From: Deltaproteobacteria bacterium
GTDB taxonomy: Bacteria > Desulfobacterota > GWC2-55-46
DNA: 64,000 nt
Assembly (NCBI GenBank): GCA_016182655.1
Contig: JACPGB010000016.1
Span: 3,224-67,223 of the forward strand
Direction of reading: 5' to 3'
Below the pieces are notes generated by a model, which saw only the letters and a program-made list of their open reading frames with translations, had not been told where the DNA came from and did not search any database. Both the position numbers and the translations under genes were made by a program. This document shows, piece by piece, positions 7,944 through 17,619 of the stretch; position 1 is the stretch's first letter; each line of letters opens with the position of its first letter.

Positions 7944-10661
7944 ATGGCGGTCGAGAAAAAGATAGTGAGGGAAGAAGAGCCCGAGTCCATAGAAGTGATA
8001 TTAAGGAACGGGCAGAGCTTGAGGGTCCGGCCCATAAGGCCGGAGGACAAGAAAAAGCTCGAGGGGTTCTTCTACAGGCTCTCACCGCGCACGCGGTACT
8101 TGCGGTTCCAGTACGCCAAGGAGTTCATAACAGAGGACGAGCTCAAGTATTTTACCGAAGTCACGCCACCCAAACGGTACGCCTATGTGGCGACGGTCGG
8201 CGAGGCCGACACGGAGCGGATACTCGCGGTCGGCAGGTGGGACATACTCCCCGTCGGGAATGTCGCAGAGGTCGCCTTCACGGTCGAGGACAACATACAA
8301 CTCCGGGGGCTCGGCACGATACTCCTTGAAGAGCTCGCAAGGGCGGCTACCAAATACAACATCGTGGCCTTCGAAGCACAGGTCCTTCAGGATAACACCC
8401 GGATGCTCGAGGTCTTTGAAGAGAGCGGCTTCAGGCTTAAAAAGAGGTTCGCCGAGGGCGTCTATTACATAGCTATCGACTTAAAGGACCAGGAAGAGTA
8501 CGAAAAGAGACAGGCCCACAGGGAGCATATCGCGAGGAGCGCGGGCGTTAAAAGGCTCCTCTGCCCGCATAGGGTCGCGGTAGTCGGCGCGTCCCGTAAC
8601 CCCGAGTCCGTCGGAGGCGCCCTTTTCAGGAACCTCCTCAAGGACGGCTTTAACGGAGTGGTCTTCCCGGTGAACCCGAAGGCGGATTCCATCGCCGGGG
8701 TGCTCGCGTACCCCACGGTGCTCGATTGCCCCGGAGACATAGACATCGCCATATTGGTCGTCCCGGCCGAGCAGGTATTGAGTGTGGTGGATGAGTGCGC
8801 GAAGAAGAACGTCGCCGGGCTTGTCATTATTACCGCCGGGTTCGGGGAGTCCGGCCCTGAGGGCAGGGAGCGGGAGAAGAAACTCCGCGAGAAGATACTC
8901 TCCTACGGCATGAGGGTCATAGGCCCCAACTGCCTCGGCATATTGAACAACAACCCGGATGTGAAGTTGAACGCCACGTTCTCTCCGGTCTCTCCGCCTT
9001 CCGGCAACTTATCGATCGGCTCGCAGAGCGGGGCCCTGGGGCTCGCCCTCCTCGACCATGCGAAATCCATAAACCTCGGCATATCGAGCTTCGTAAGCTT
9101 CGGAAACAGGATCGACATCTCGACGAACGACCTCCTCGACTACTGGGAGGACGACAAGAACACCGATGTAATAGTCCTCTATCAGGAGTCGTTCGGAGAG
9201 GCGCGCAAATTCGGGCGCATCGCCAGAAGGGTCTCGCACAAGAAACCGATAATCGCCGTAAAGGCAGGAAGGTCGAAGGTCGGCGCCGCGGCGGCCACCT
9301 CCCACACCGGGGCGCTTGCGGCCTCGGATGTCGCGGTAGACGCGCTCTTCAGGCACGCGGGCGTAATACGCGTTACCACAATTGAAGAGATGTTCAACGC
9401 TTCCGAGGTCCTCACCCACCAGCCGCTTCCCCGGGGGCCGAGGGTCGGGATACTGACGAACGCCGGAGGCCCCGGAGTCCTCGCGGCAGACGCCTGCGAA
9501 GGGTTGGGGCTGAAGGTCACGCCGTTATCCGAGGCGACCCAGAAAAAATTGAGAGAGTTCCTGCCAAAGGCCGCGGCTGTACTTAACCCCGTTGACATGA
9601 TAGCCACGGCCCCGCCGGAGTCTTTCAAAAAGGCGCTCTCCATCATGCTCCAGGACCCGGAGATAGATTCCATCATCGTCATCTACATACCGCCCCTTGT
9701 CACGAAACCCGAGGATGTCGCGGAGGCCGTAGGGGAGGTGTTGTCGAATTACATGGGGGACAAGCCGGTCATCACCTGCTTCATGATGTCGCAAACAGCC
9801 CTTGCCGAGATAAGGAAGAGCGCGAAGTATCCATTAAGACCCTTTATCTTCCCGGAGGACGCGGTCCAGGCCCTGTCGCTCGCCTACGACTACTCTCAGT
9901 ACAGGGAGATGGAGGAGGGGACCGTCGTAAAATTCCCGGAGATAGACGCAGAGAAGATACGCTCCAGGGACTGGGTGCGGAATATACTCAAAAGAAAGGG
10001 CTGGCTCATGCCCGAGGAGGCGATAGCGCTCCTGAAGGAGTACGGGATCACCGTGGCCGATACCCTTGTGGCAAAGAGTGCGATTGAAGCGGCAGACGCG
10101 GCAGAGAGGCTCGGTTATCCGGTCGTCATGAAGATCCGTTCCTCCCGCATAGTCCACAAGACCGATGTCGGAGGCATTGCCGTCGGACTTAAAGACGCCG
10201 AGGATGTCAAAAGGGCGTTCTCGATGATGCTCCTCAAGGTGGAATCCGCCGGGTTTGCCGGAGAGACCGACGGGGTAATAATACAGTCCATGGCAAAGGG
10301 CGGGCAGGAGATGATAGCCGGCATGTCGCAGGACCCGCTCTTCGGCCCGCTCATCATGCTCGGGCTCGGCGGCGTCTCTGTCGAGCTTCTGAAGGATGTC
10401 GCCTTTTCCATCCACCCGCTCCGGGACGCCGACACGGACAGGATGCTCCGGGGGCTTAAAAGCCTCCCGCTCCTCCAGGGCTACCGTGGAAGGCCGTTCG
10501 GCGACATAAAGGCGCTGAAAGAGGCGCTCTTAAGGTTCTCGTCCCTCGTCGAGGACTTCCCCGAAATTGACCAGATAGAGATAAACCCGCTCCTCGTGCT
10601 CGAAGAGGGTAGCGGCGTTACGGCGCTCGATGTAAGGGTCTACATGAACCCTGCCGAATAA
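7944..10661 (+). CDS. GNAT acetyltransferase fused to NDP-forming acyl-CoA synthetase-like domains (Pat/PatA-type)
   Basis: N-terminal GNAT (AEVAFTVEDNIQLRGLGT), GPNCLG, SQSGALG, SHTGALA, C-terminal ATP-grasp (HKTDVGG, EINPL); start moved to ATG 7944 behind GGAGG. Confidence 0.88.
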   Translation: MAVEKKIVREEEPESIEVILRNGQSLRVRPIRPEDKKKLEGFFYRLSPRTRYLRFQYAKEFITEDELKYFTEVTPPKRYAYVATVGEADTERILAVGRWDILPVGNVAEVAFTVEDNIQLRGLGTILLEELARAATKYNIVAFEAQVLQDNTRMLEVFEESGFRLKKRFAEGVYYIAIDLKDQEEYEKRQAHREHIARSAGVKRLLCPHRVAVVGASRNPESVGGALFRNLLKDGFNGVVFPVNPKADSIAGVLAYPTVLDCPGDIDIAILVVPAEQVLSVVDECAKKNVAGLVIITAGFGESGPEGREREKKLREKILSYGMRVIGPNCLGILNNNPDVKLNATFSPVSPPSGNLSIGSQSGALGLALLDHAKSINLGISSFVSFGNRIDISTNDLLDYWEDDKNTDVIVLYQESFGEARKFGRIARRVSHKKPIIAVKAGRSKVGAAAATSHTGALAASDVAVDALFRHAGVIRVTTIEEMFNASEVLTHQPLPRGPRVGILTNAGGPGVLAADACEGLGLKVTPLSEATQKKLREFLPKAAAVLNPVDMIATAPPESFKKALSIMLQDPEIDSIIVIYIPPLVTKPEDVAEAVGEVLSNYMGDKPVITCFMMSQTALAEIRKSAKYPLRPFIFPEDAVQALSLAYDYSQYREMEEGTVVKFPEIDAEKIRSRDWVRNILKRKGWLMPEEAIALLKEYGITVADTLVAKSAIEAADAAERLGYPVVMKIRSSRIVHKTDVGGIAVGLKDAEDVKRAFSMMLLKVESAGFAGETDGVIIQSMAKGGQEMIAGMSQDPLFGPLIMLGLGGVSVELLKDVAFSIHPLRDADTDRMLRGLKSLPLLQGYRGRPFGDIKALKEALLRFSSLVEDFPEIDQIEINPLLVLEEGSGVTALDVRVYMNPAE

Positions 10662-10698
10662 CCATCGGGACTTTTCCTTATTATAGACAGGCAATCAA

Positions 10699-11562
10699 AT
10701 GCTCTGGTTGAGACGCGCGCTCCTGGCAGGCATCGCGCTATGCCTGCTTTTCATAATCATATCGCTCGCCGCCTTTCACCTCGTGCCTATCGAGATAATA
10801 GAGGCGCGCCTCAAGGAAGAGGCCGAGGCGCGCGCCGGGCTGACCGTCACGGAGCAGTCGTTAATGAGGACATACCCGGCAGGCATCGAGGCGGAAGGCG
10901 TCGATATGGCGCTCAAAGGCAAGGAGCCGTTCATCCACATCGATAATATGGTCGCCTGGCCCGATTACATGGGCCTTCTCTCGGGCAAGGTGAGGTTTTC
11001 GTACGCAGGGGCCATTGAAAACGGCGTCATCAAGGGGCGCGCGGGGTTCGGCCTCCTCGGCGGGTCTCAAATACGGCTTGAGGCGGACGGGGTCCCGATA
11101 AGCGCGGTGCCTGCGATAAACAGGTTCGTGACCGGCTTGAGGGGTTCTTTCTCCGGTACGGCCGAGGTCTCGATGAAAGGCGATGGGAGGTGCCCTTCCG
11201 GGTTCGCCGAGTTCCGGAGCGACGATCTAAAGGGAGGCAAGGTGAGCTTAAGGGGGATACCGCTTTCGGTCGGCTCGATAGGGGATGCCGGATTGGACGC
11301 GAGGTTCTCGGAGTGCAGGGTGGACGTTAAAGGGCTATGGCTGGACGGGAGCGACCTTTCTCTGCGGATCGATGGAAAGATAAAGGTCGAAAAGCCGTTG
11401 AATAAGAGCCCGCTCGATCTTACGCTCGAGCTCGTACCCAAGAAGCCCCTCTTTAGAGGAGAAAGCGATGTGCTCGCGGTCCTGAGGCGGTTCCAGGGGT
11501 CCGCGAATTACTTCAAAGTGCCGGTCAGAGGCACGCTCGGGTCCCCAGCGCTCGGCGGCTAA
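10699..11562 (+). CDS. gspN: type II secretion system protein N-like
   Basis: single N-terminal TM followed by a beta-rich domain ending in RGTLGSP, typical of deltaproteobacterial GspN. Confidence 0.65.
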   Translation: MLWLRRALLAGIALCLLFIIISLAAFHLVPIEIIEARLKEEAEARAGLTVTEQSLMRTYPAGIEAEGVDMALKGKEPFIHIDNMVAWPDYMGLLSGKVRFSYAGAIENGVIKGRAGFGLLGGSQIRLEADGVPISAVPAINRFVTGLRGSFSGTAEVSMKGDGRCPSGFAEFRSDDLKGGKVSLRGIPLSVGSIGDAGLDARFSECRVDVKGLWLDGSDLSLRIDGKIKVEKPLNKSPLDLTLELVPKKPLFRGESDVLAVLRRFQGSANYFKVPVRGTLGSPALGG

Positions 11563-12375
11563 TCGTTTTTTCCTTTCTCAATATCGTCGAGGGCGGCTCG
11601 CGCGCCTTCGGCGCCCGGAAAACCCTTGTTCGACAACGCGGCCTTAAGCTCTGTTTTCGCCAGCTTCAAATCGCCTTTAGCCGGATATGCCATGCGTGCC
11701 GGTTATGGTCGGGTCGTCCGGGAGAGTCCCCTTGGCCATCTCGGCGAACGTCGGGGCCGCATCAGTTGGGTCGATAGACAAAGTCTTTCTGAGCGTCTCT
11801 TCGGCCTTCAGGAGCTCGCCGCTTGAGGCGTATACGCTTGCGCCCACAAGGTACGGCCTTACAGAGCCGGGTTTTGTCCTAAGGACCTCTTCGATCATCT
11901 CAATAGCCTTCTCGTACTCCTTGCGGCCCGCGAGGGCGGCGGCGTATATAAGCCGGGCTTCGGTACGGCCGGGCTCGGTTTTGAGCACCTGAGAGGCCAT
12001 CTCCGCGGCCCGTGTAAACTCCTTTGAGGCGAGGTAGAGCTCCCCGAGCTTAAGGCGGGCCTCGGTGTAGCCGGGCTTTAATTCCACCGCCCGTGAGAGC
12101 TCCTTATAGGCCTTGACCGCGTTGGACGCGCCTCCGCTCCTCATATATGCGAGCGCGAGGAAATATAGCCCCTCGGGGCTGTCAGGGTCTATCTGGAGCG
12201 CGTTCTTGAACTCTATCTCGGCCTCAAGCGGCATCGCCTCCGAGAGATGCTTCCTGCCGCTCTCCATGTATTTCTCGAACTTCTCCGCCGGGCTCGACCC
12301 GCAGGCGTACATGTAGATGAGCAGGAAGAGCGCGAAGAAGACGACCGTCGGTTTGTATTTTAGGTATCCGCCCAT
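11559..12375 (-). pseudogene. PrsT-like TPR lipoprotein, internally deleted and frameshifted
   Basis: lipobox YACG then TPRs; frame ends at 11677, while a TPR-like C-terminus (MAYPAKGDLKLAKTELKAALSNKGFPGAEGARAALDDI) continues in another frame to TAG at 11559. Confidence 0.6.
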
Positions 12376-12381
12376 CGATAG

Positions 12382-14250
12382 TTATCCCAATCCGCTCAAG
12401 TCCCTGAGTATCGCCTTGGCGTCCTCGGCCTCGGCGAACCCGTCGCTTATGTCGAGCGCCTTTTCGAACGACTCTTTCGCCTCTTTCGATTTATCGAGTT
12501 TGCGTTGCACGAGCCCGAGCCTGTAGTAGACCGTCGGCTTCCCGGTCCCTGCCTTTACAAGCGCCGAATAGGCGTTGAGCGCGTCTTCGAACCTCCCGAG
12601 CTTGAAATACGCCCAGGCGAGCGCCTCTTTCGCCCCGGCGTCCTCGGGGTTCGCCTCGACACCCTTGAGCGCGAATTTCAGGGCCGACTCCATGCCGCCT
12701 TTTTTTATGAGAGCGCCGGAGAGTCTGGAATACCCCTCTGCCATCTGGGGCGAGCTTGCCACGGCCTTCCTGTATTCCGTCGCCGCCTCGTCAAGCCTTC
12801 CCGCCTTTTCATAGAGGTCGCCGAGTATCATGGCGAGCCTGTACGAGCCCGGCTCTATCTTCTGGGCCTTCCCGTAATACAGGGCGGCCCTCTCGTATTC
12901 GCCTTTTGATTCGAGCACCTCTCCAAGCTCGACGTAATGCGTTATGAGACCAGGACGCTTTTCTATCGCCGAAAGGTACGTCTCCTCCGCCTCCGCCACG
13001 TTGCCGAGCCGCGCCTCGGCCCTCGCCCTCGATATCGTGAAGAACGGGGACTCGTCCTTATTGACGAGCAGCATCGAATCGACCGCTTCGATCGCCTGTA
13101 TGTAGAGCCCGGCCCTCATGAGAACGTAAGAGAGCGAAAGTCTCGCGGGGAGCTCCTTCGGCGCGGCCTGGACGTGCTCGGACATCCTGAAGTCGGCCCT
13201 GCTCAAGTCCGGGAAGATATCTCCCGCTTTCAGGAACTCGACATCCGCTTCATTCGGTTTGCCCTCGGACAGGAGGACCGCCCCCAGTATGAGGTGGCCC
13301 GCGTCGTCAAGCGGGTCGATTTCTATCGCCTTTGTCGCCGCCTCCTTCGCGCCCTTGTAGTCGCCGAGGAGATGCATCGCGGCCGCGGCGTTCAAGTACG
13401 GCTCCTTGAGCCGAGGGCTTTTCGCGATTATCTTCCTGAAGTCTTCCGCCGCGCCCTCGTAGTCCTTTCTTACGAGCTTTGTGAGGCCGATAAAATAGGA
13501 GGTCATGTAGAACTCGGGGTTCAGCTCGTTCAGGGCCGCAAACCGGCTTTCCGCCTCCTCGGGCCTGTCCGTAAGCAGGTAGCAGGTGCCGAGGACGAGG
13601 TATGCTCCCGAGGAGCGCGCGTCGTCGGCTATCGCCTTTTCGGCGTACTCGGCGGACTTCGCGTAATCTCCTTCGGCGAGGTGTATCCTGCTCAAATTCA
13701 GGTAATCGGGGTTTGTCGCAAGGAGCTTTTCATAGTAGGCCCTCGCGTTCTTGAGGAGCCCCTGACCGAGATAGATGGAGGCGACATGGCGTATCACCGC
13801 CGGGTCCTCCTTGATCTTCAACGATTCGAGGAAGTAGACGAGCGACTTGTGATACCTCTTCCTCCCCGAGTAGTAGCGCCCCATGACGCCGTAGATCTCG
13901 GAGGCGAAGAGCCCGTCGACCTTCATGGCGCGCTCGGCCTGCCTTAAGGCCATGCGCTCGTCGTCGAGGTTGAGGTAGGCCATCGTGAGAAGGAAGTAGG
14001 AGGTAAGGTCGCGGGGGTCCTCGAGGGCTATCTTTTCCTCAAGCTCCACGACCTTTCTGAATTCGTTTTTTTTGAGCAGTTCGATGGAGACGTCGTGTCT
14101 CGACTCAAGCCCAGGGGCGAGCGGTATCGCGTGCGACGGCGGAGAAAAGACGAAGATTGCGACGACTACGGACAGGACTGCCGCGACAGACTCGATCGTG
14201 GTGAGTTTTTTCACGCCGCGCCTCCATTTTGGATAAAGACGAGTATACAC
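12382..14250 (-). CDS. exported multi-TPR protein
   Basis: signal-like hydrophobic stretch followed by many TPR repeats. Confidence 0.85.
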   Translation of the reverse strand: MYTRLYPKWRRGVKKLTTIESVAAVLSVVVAIFVFSPPSHAIPLAPGLESRHDVSIELLKKNEFRKVVELEEKIALEDPRDLTSYFLLTMAYLNLDDERMALRQAERAMKVDGLFASEIYGVMGRYYSGRKRYHKSLVYFLESLKIKEDPAVIRHVASIYLGQGLLKNARAYYEKLLATNPDYLNLSRIHLAEGDYAKSAEYAEKAIADDARSSGAYLVLGTCYLLTDRPEEAESRFAALNELNPEFYMTSYFIGLTKLVRKDYEGAAEDFRKIIAKSPRLKEPYLNAAAAMHLLGDYKGAKEAATKAIEIDPLDDAGHLILGAVLLSEGKPNEADVEFLKAGDIFPDLSRADFRMSEHVQAAPKELPARLSLSYVLMRAGLYIQAIEAVDSMLLVNKDESPFFTISRARAEARLGNVAEAEETYLSAIEKRPGLITHYVELGEVLESKGEYERAALYYGKAQKIEPGSYRLAMILGDLYEKAGRLDEAATEYRKAVASSPQMAEGYSRLSGALIKKGGMESALKFALKGVEANPEDAGAKEALAWAYFKLGRFEDALNAYSALVKAGTGKPTVYYRLGLVQRKLDKSKEAKESFEKALDISDGFAEAEDAKAILRDLSGLG

Positions 14251-14343
14251 GGTAAAATAACGTCTGCCGGCCTGTGCCGGCGCTTTGAAAATCTTTTTTG
14301 GATGATATTTTCCGGGGGTGCCGGATGCGGGATGACAAGAGGT

Positions 14344-14383
14344 AAAAAGAAGGGGCGGCCCGTTTTCACGGGCCGCCCCTTCT
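14344..14383 (-). terminator. intrinsic terminator after the PEP-CTERM gene
   Basis: minus strand AGAAGGGGCGGCCCGT-GAAA-ACGGGCCGCCCCTTCT-TTTT. Confidence 0.85.
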
Positions 14384-14394
14384 GCAGACGCAGG

Positions 14395-14613
14395 CTACTC
14401 GTCCCTCTTTTTGAGCTTTCTCGCGGCGAGGCCCGCTACCGCCGCTCCGAGGAGGAGCATCGTCGAAGGCTCAGGCACGCTCACGTGGTTCCCGCCGTTC
14501 TCGTTGTTCCCGTTGCCGTTCGGGATGTTGTTCAAATTGCCGTCCTCAGCATAGGCGTAAGGCGCGAACGCGAGGACCGATGAAAGCGCCAGCACGGTAA
14601 AAATTGACTTCAT
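14395..14613 (-). CDS. small PEP-CTERM sorting-domain protein (72 aa)
   Basis: signal peptide (...AYA/E), Asn/Gly-rich core, VPEPSTMLLLGAAVAGLAARKLKKRDE; AAGGAGG RBS. Confidence 0.95.
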   Translation of the reverse strand: MKSIFTVLALSSVLAFAPYAYAEDGNLNNIPNGNGNNENGGNHVSVPEPSTMLLLGAAVAGLAARKLKKRDE

Positions 14614-14696
14614 GGTGCCTCCTTTTCTCCCTTGGTTTGTCAGGCTTTTCCATATAGATGATATATGGGTAAGGCTTTACGGCTACGTGGATATAT

Positions 14697-14713
14697 AGCA
14701 ACAGCCGTGCCAA
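14697..14713 (-). promoter_or_regulatory. sigma-54 (-24/-12) promoter of the PEP-CTERM gene
   Basis: TTGGCACGGCTGTTGCT matches TGGCAC-N5-TTGC. Confidence 0.9.
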
Positions 14714-14807
14714 AGAGCGCTATGCCGTTTTTTACTGAACGATTCCGGCGCGTTCAGGAGTCACGGACTACGCTTTGCGGAGGGTGCGGACAAACGGTAC
14801 GTGGGAA

Positions 14808-14905
14808 TGTAAACGCCGGTTGACGCGCCTTGGGGGAGGGTCTTCGCAAAAAATCGCGCCGTGCCTGAGTAATCCCTTGTACCCATTGTGTAAAACTTAT
14901 TTACC
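14808..14905. promoter_or_regulatory. two candidate enhancer sites for PrsR-type activators
   Basis: TGTAAACGCCGGTTGAC (14808-14824) and TGTAAAACTTATTTACC (14889-14905), GTAAA...TTKAC dyads about 95-190 bp upstream of the sigma-54 promoter. Confidence 0.55.
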
Positions 14906-14923
14906 GGTGTTTACCTGACTCTT

Positions 14924-16276
14924 CTACCTGGTCCTTATGTTGTACCTTGTGATGAGCCTGGAGAGGTACTGCCTGCTTATGCCGAGCTCGGTCGCCGAGC
15001 GCGTGACCGCGCCTTTGTTCTTAAGGAGAGTTTCCTGTATCATCCTCTTCTTGAACCGCTCCTTGGCCTCGATGAACCCGGCCCCGGTCTCCTCCGCGCT
15101 CTCATTCTCTCCAAGTGCAAGGTCCTCCGGCGTTATCTCCTTGCCCCTGCATAGGGCCACGGCCCTTTTTACCTTGTTCTCGAGCTCCCGGATGTTACCC
15201 GGCCAAGAGTAGGATTTAAGCGAGTCGATTGAGGCCCTCGAATAGCCCGAGACGGGTATGTCGAACTCGGATGAGTATTTCCTGAGGAGCTTCAGCGCCA
15301 TGACGCATATGTCCTCGCCACGGTCCCGGAGCGGCGGCATCTCGAGTATCACTACCCCGAGCCTGTAGAAGAGGTCTTCCCTGAAGGACCCTTTCCTGAT
15401 CATCGATTTCAGGTCCCTGTTCGTCGCGGCGATGACTCGAGCGTTCACCTCGACCGGGTTACGACCGCCGATAGGCTCTATTGTGCGCTCCTGGAGGAAC
15501 CTGAGGAGCTTGACCTGGAGCTTCAGGGAGAGTTCGCCGACCTCGTCTAAAAATAGGGTGCCTTTGTCGGCGCATTCTATCTTGCCGGTCCTTCTGGAGT
15601 CGGCCCCGGTGAACGAGCCCTTTTCATACCCGAACAGTTCGCTCTCAAGGAGGTTTTCGGGTATCGCTCCGCAGTTTATGACTGTGAGCGGGCCGTTCTT
15701 GCGCGCGCTCATGAGGTGTATCGCGTTGGCGGCGAGCTCCTTGCCGGTCCCGGATTCGCCCAATATGAGGACCGGCACGTCGACCGGCGCGACCTTTCCT
15801 ATGATCCGGAAGACCTCCTGCATGGGCGCGCTGTCCCCGGTCATCTCTAACAAGGGAGCATTTGCGCGGACCTCCGCGGGCCTGCGCTCCCGCCGTACAC
15901 GGCAGAGGCCGGCGGCCCTCCTTACGACTACGCAGAGTTCCTTGAAATCCACGGGCCTCTCGAACAGGTCGTAAGCGCCGGCGTCAAGGGCCATAAGCCC
16001 GGCGTCCGCAACGCCGTCCGAGAGGGCGACGACCTTGAGGTCCCTGTCGAGCCTTGATATCTCCGAGACCGCCTGCCACGCTCCGTCGTCAAACCGGGCC
16101 CCGCCCGAGTCGAGGTCGACGACGGCCGCCGAGTGGGCCTCTGCCCGGAGCATGCGGAGAGCCTCGTCCAGCCCGGACGTCTGGTTGAAGCAGAAGCCGG
16201 AGGGCATCCCGCGTCTGAGCCCTTCGGCGATCCCCGCGTCCTGGCTCAATATGAGAATCGGCTTAATCCTGGACAT
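14924..16276 (-). CDS. sigma-54-dependent Fis-family regulator, PrsR paralogue with atypical receiver
   Basis: GESGTGKE, ELFGYEKGSFTGA, LFLDEVGE, WPGNIREL, C-terminal HTH. Confidence 0.9.
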   Translation of the reverse strand: MSRIKPILILSQDAGIAEGLRRGMPSGFCFNQTSGLDEALRMLRAEAHSAAVVDLDSGGARFDDGAWQAVSEISRLDRDLKVVALSDGVADAGLMALDAGAYDLFERPVDFKELCVVVRRAAGLCRVRRERRPAEVRANAPLLEMTGDSAPMQEVFRIIGKVAPVDVPVLILGESGTGKELAANAIHLMSARKNGPLTVINCGAIPENLLESELFGYEKGSFTGADSRRTGKIECADKGTLFLDEVGELSLKLQVKLLRFLQERTIEPIGGRNPVEVNARVIAATNRDLKSMIRKGSFREDLFYRLGVVILEMPPLRDRGEDICVMALKLLRKYSSEFDIPVSGYSRASIDSLKSYSWPGNIRELENKVKRAVALCRGKEITPEDLALGENESAEETGAGFIEAKERFKKRMIQETLLKNKGAVTRSATELGISRQYLSRLITRYNIRTR

Positions 16277-16290
16277 GGCGTGTCAACCCC

Positions 16291-17613
16291 TTATGCCTTG
16301 ACTATCTTGTCGCTCTGTATGCCGGAGGTGGCGTTCCTCGTGTCCACGACGAGACGGCTGTTCTCGACTATCCGGGGATAATCGTAGGAGCTGTGGTCCG
16401 TGGCTATGAGGACGCAGTCGTAGCGCTTGAGCCCCTTGTAATCGAGCTCCCTGGAGCGGAGCTTCATCGGCCTCCTGTGGCTTATCGCGACGGGTATGAA
16501 AGGGTCGTTATAGGAGACCTCCGCGCCTTTTTCCTTGAGTATCCTTATGAGCTCGAGAGAGGGCGATTCGCGGAGATCGTCGACGTTCTTCTTGTAGGCT
16601 ATCCCGAGGAGGAGTATCTCCGAGCCGCGTATGCTTTTCCCCCTGACGTTCAGCGCCTCCATCACCTTCTGGACGACGTAGTACGGCATGTTGGTGTTTA
16701 TCTCGCCGGCGAGCTCTATGAAGCGCGTGGAAAAATCGTACTCGCGCGCCTTCCACGTCAGATAAAACGGGTCTATTGGTATGCAATGGCCCCCGAGCCC
16801 CGGCCCGGGGTAGAAGGCCTGGAAGCCGAACGGCTTGGTGTTCGAGGCCTTTATCACCTCCCAGACGTCGATATCCATCCTGTCGCAGAGCATCTTGAGC
16901 TCGTTCACAAGGGCTATGTTTACCGAGCGGTAGATGTTCTCGAGGAGCTTGGACATCTCCGCGACCTTCGTCGAGCTCACGGGTATCACGGACTCGACTA
17001 TCTTCGAATAGAGCGCGCAACCGGCCTTCGAGCACCTCTCCGTGATACCGCCGACTATCTTCGGCGTGTTCCGCGTCGTGAAGTCCCGTCTCCCGGGGTC
17101 CTCCCTCTCGGGGGAGAAGACGAGGAAGAAGTCCCGCCCGGCTTTGAGCCCGTCCCTTGCGAAAAGCGGCAGGAGTATCTCCTCGGTCGTGCCGGGGTAG
17201 GTGGTGGATTCCAGCGAGACGAGCGTGCCGGGGCGCAGGTGCCTGGCGACCTCCCTTGCCGACGCCTCGACGTACGTGAGGTCGGGCTCGCGCTTGTCCG
17301 ACAGCGGCGTGGGGACGCAAATCACTATCGCGCCGGCCTTCGAGAGGAGCGAGAAATCGGTCGTGGGATGGAAAGCGGGCGAGGGGCCGTTGACGAACCC
17401 CGCGACCTTTTCCGAGGGGATGTGCTTTATGTACGACTCCCCGTCGCTTAGAGCCTTGATCTTTGACTCGTCCAGGTCGAAGCCTATCACAGTGAACCCT
17501 TCCTCGCAGAACCTGAGCACTATCGGGAGCCCGACGTAGCCGAGCCCGACGACGCCTACCGTTATCTTTTTCTCGTCGATCGACCGTAGGAGGTCCTTGT
17601 AGAATCCCGCCAT
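16291..17613 (-). CDS. UDP-N-acetylhexosamine 6-dehydrogenase (WbpA/WecC-like)
   Basis: GLGYVG, ICVPTP, ESTTYPGTT, FSPEREDPG, GPGLGGHCIPIDP. Confidence 0.92.
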   Translation of the reverse strand: MAGFYKDLLRSIDEKKITVGVVGLGYVGLPIVLRFCEEGFTVIGFDLDESKIKALSDGESYIKHIPSEKVAGFVNGPSPAFHPTTDFSLLSKAGAIVICVPTPLSDKREPDLTYVEASAREVARHLRPGTLVSLESTTYPGTTEEILLPLFARDGLKAGRDFFLVFSPEREDPGRRDFTTRNTPKIVGGITERCSKAGCALYSKIVESVIPVSSTKVAEMSKLLENIYRSVNIALVNELKMLCDRMDIDVWEVIKASNTKPFGFQAFYPGPGLGGHCIPIDPFYLTWKAREYDFSTRFIELAGEINTNMPYYVVQKVMEALNVRGKSIRGSEILLLGIAYKKNVDDLRESPSLELIRILKEKGAEVSYNDPFIPVAISHRRPMKLRSRELDYKGLKRYDCVLIATDHSSYDYPRIVENSRLVVDTRNATSGIQSDKIVKA

Positions 17614-17619
17614 GTCTAT

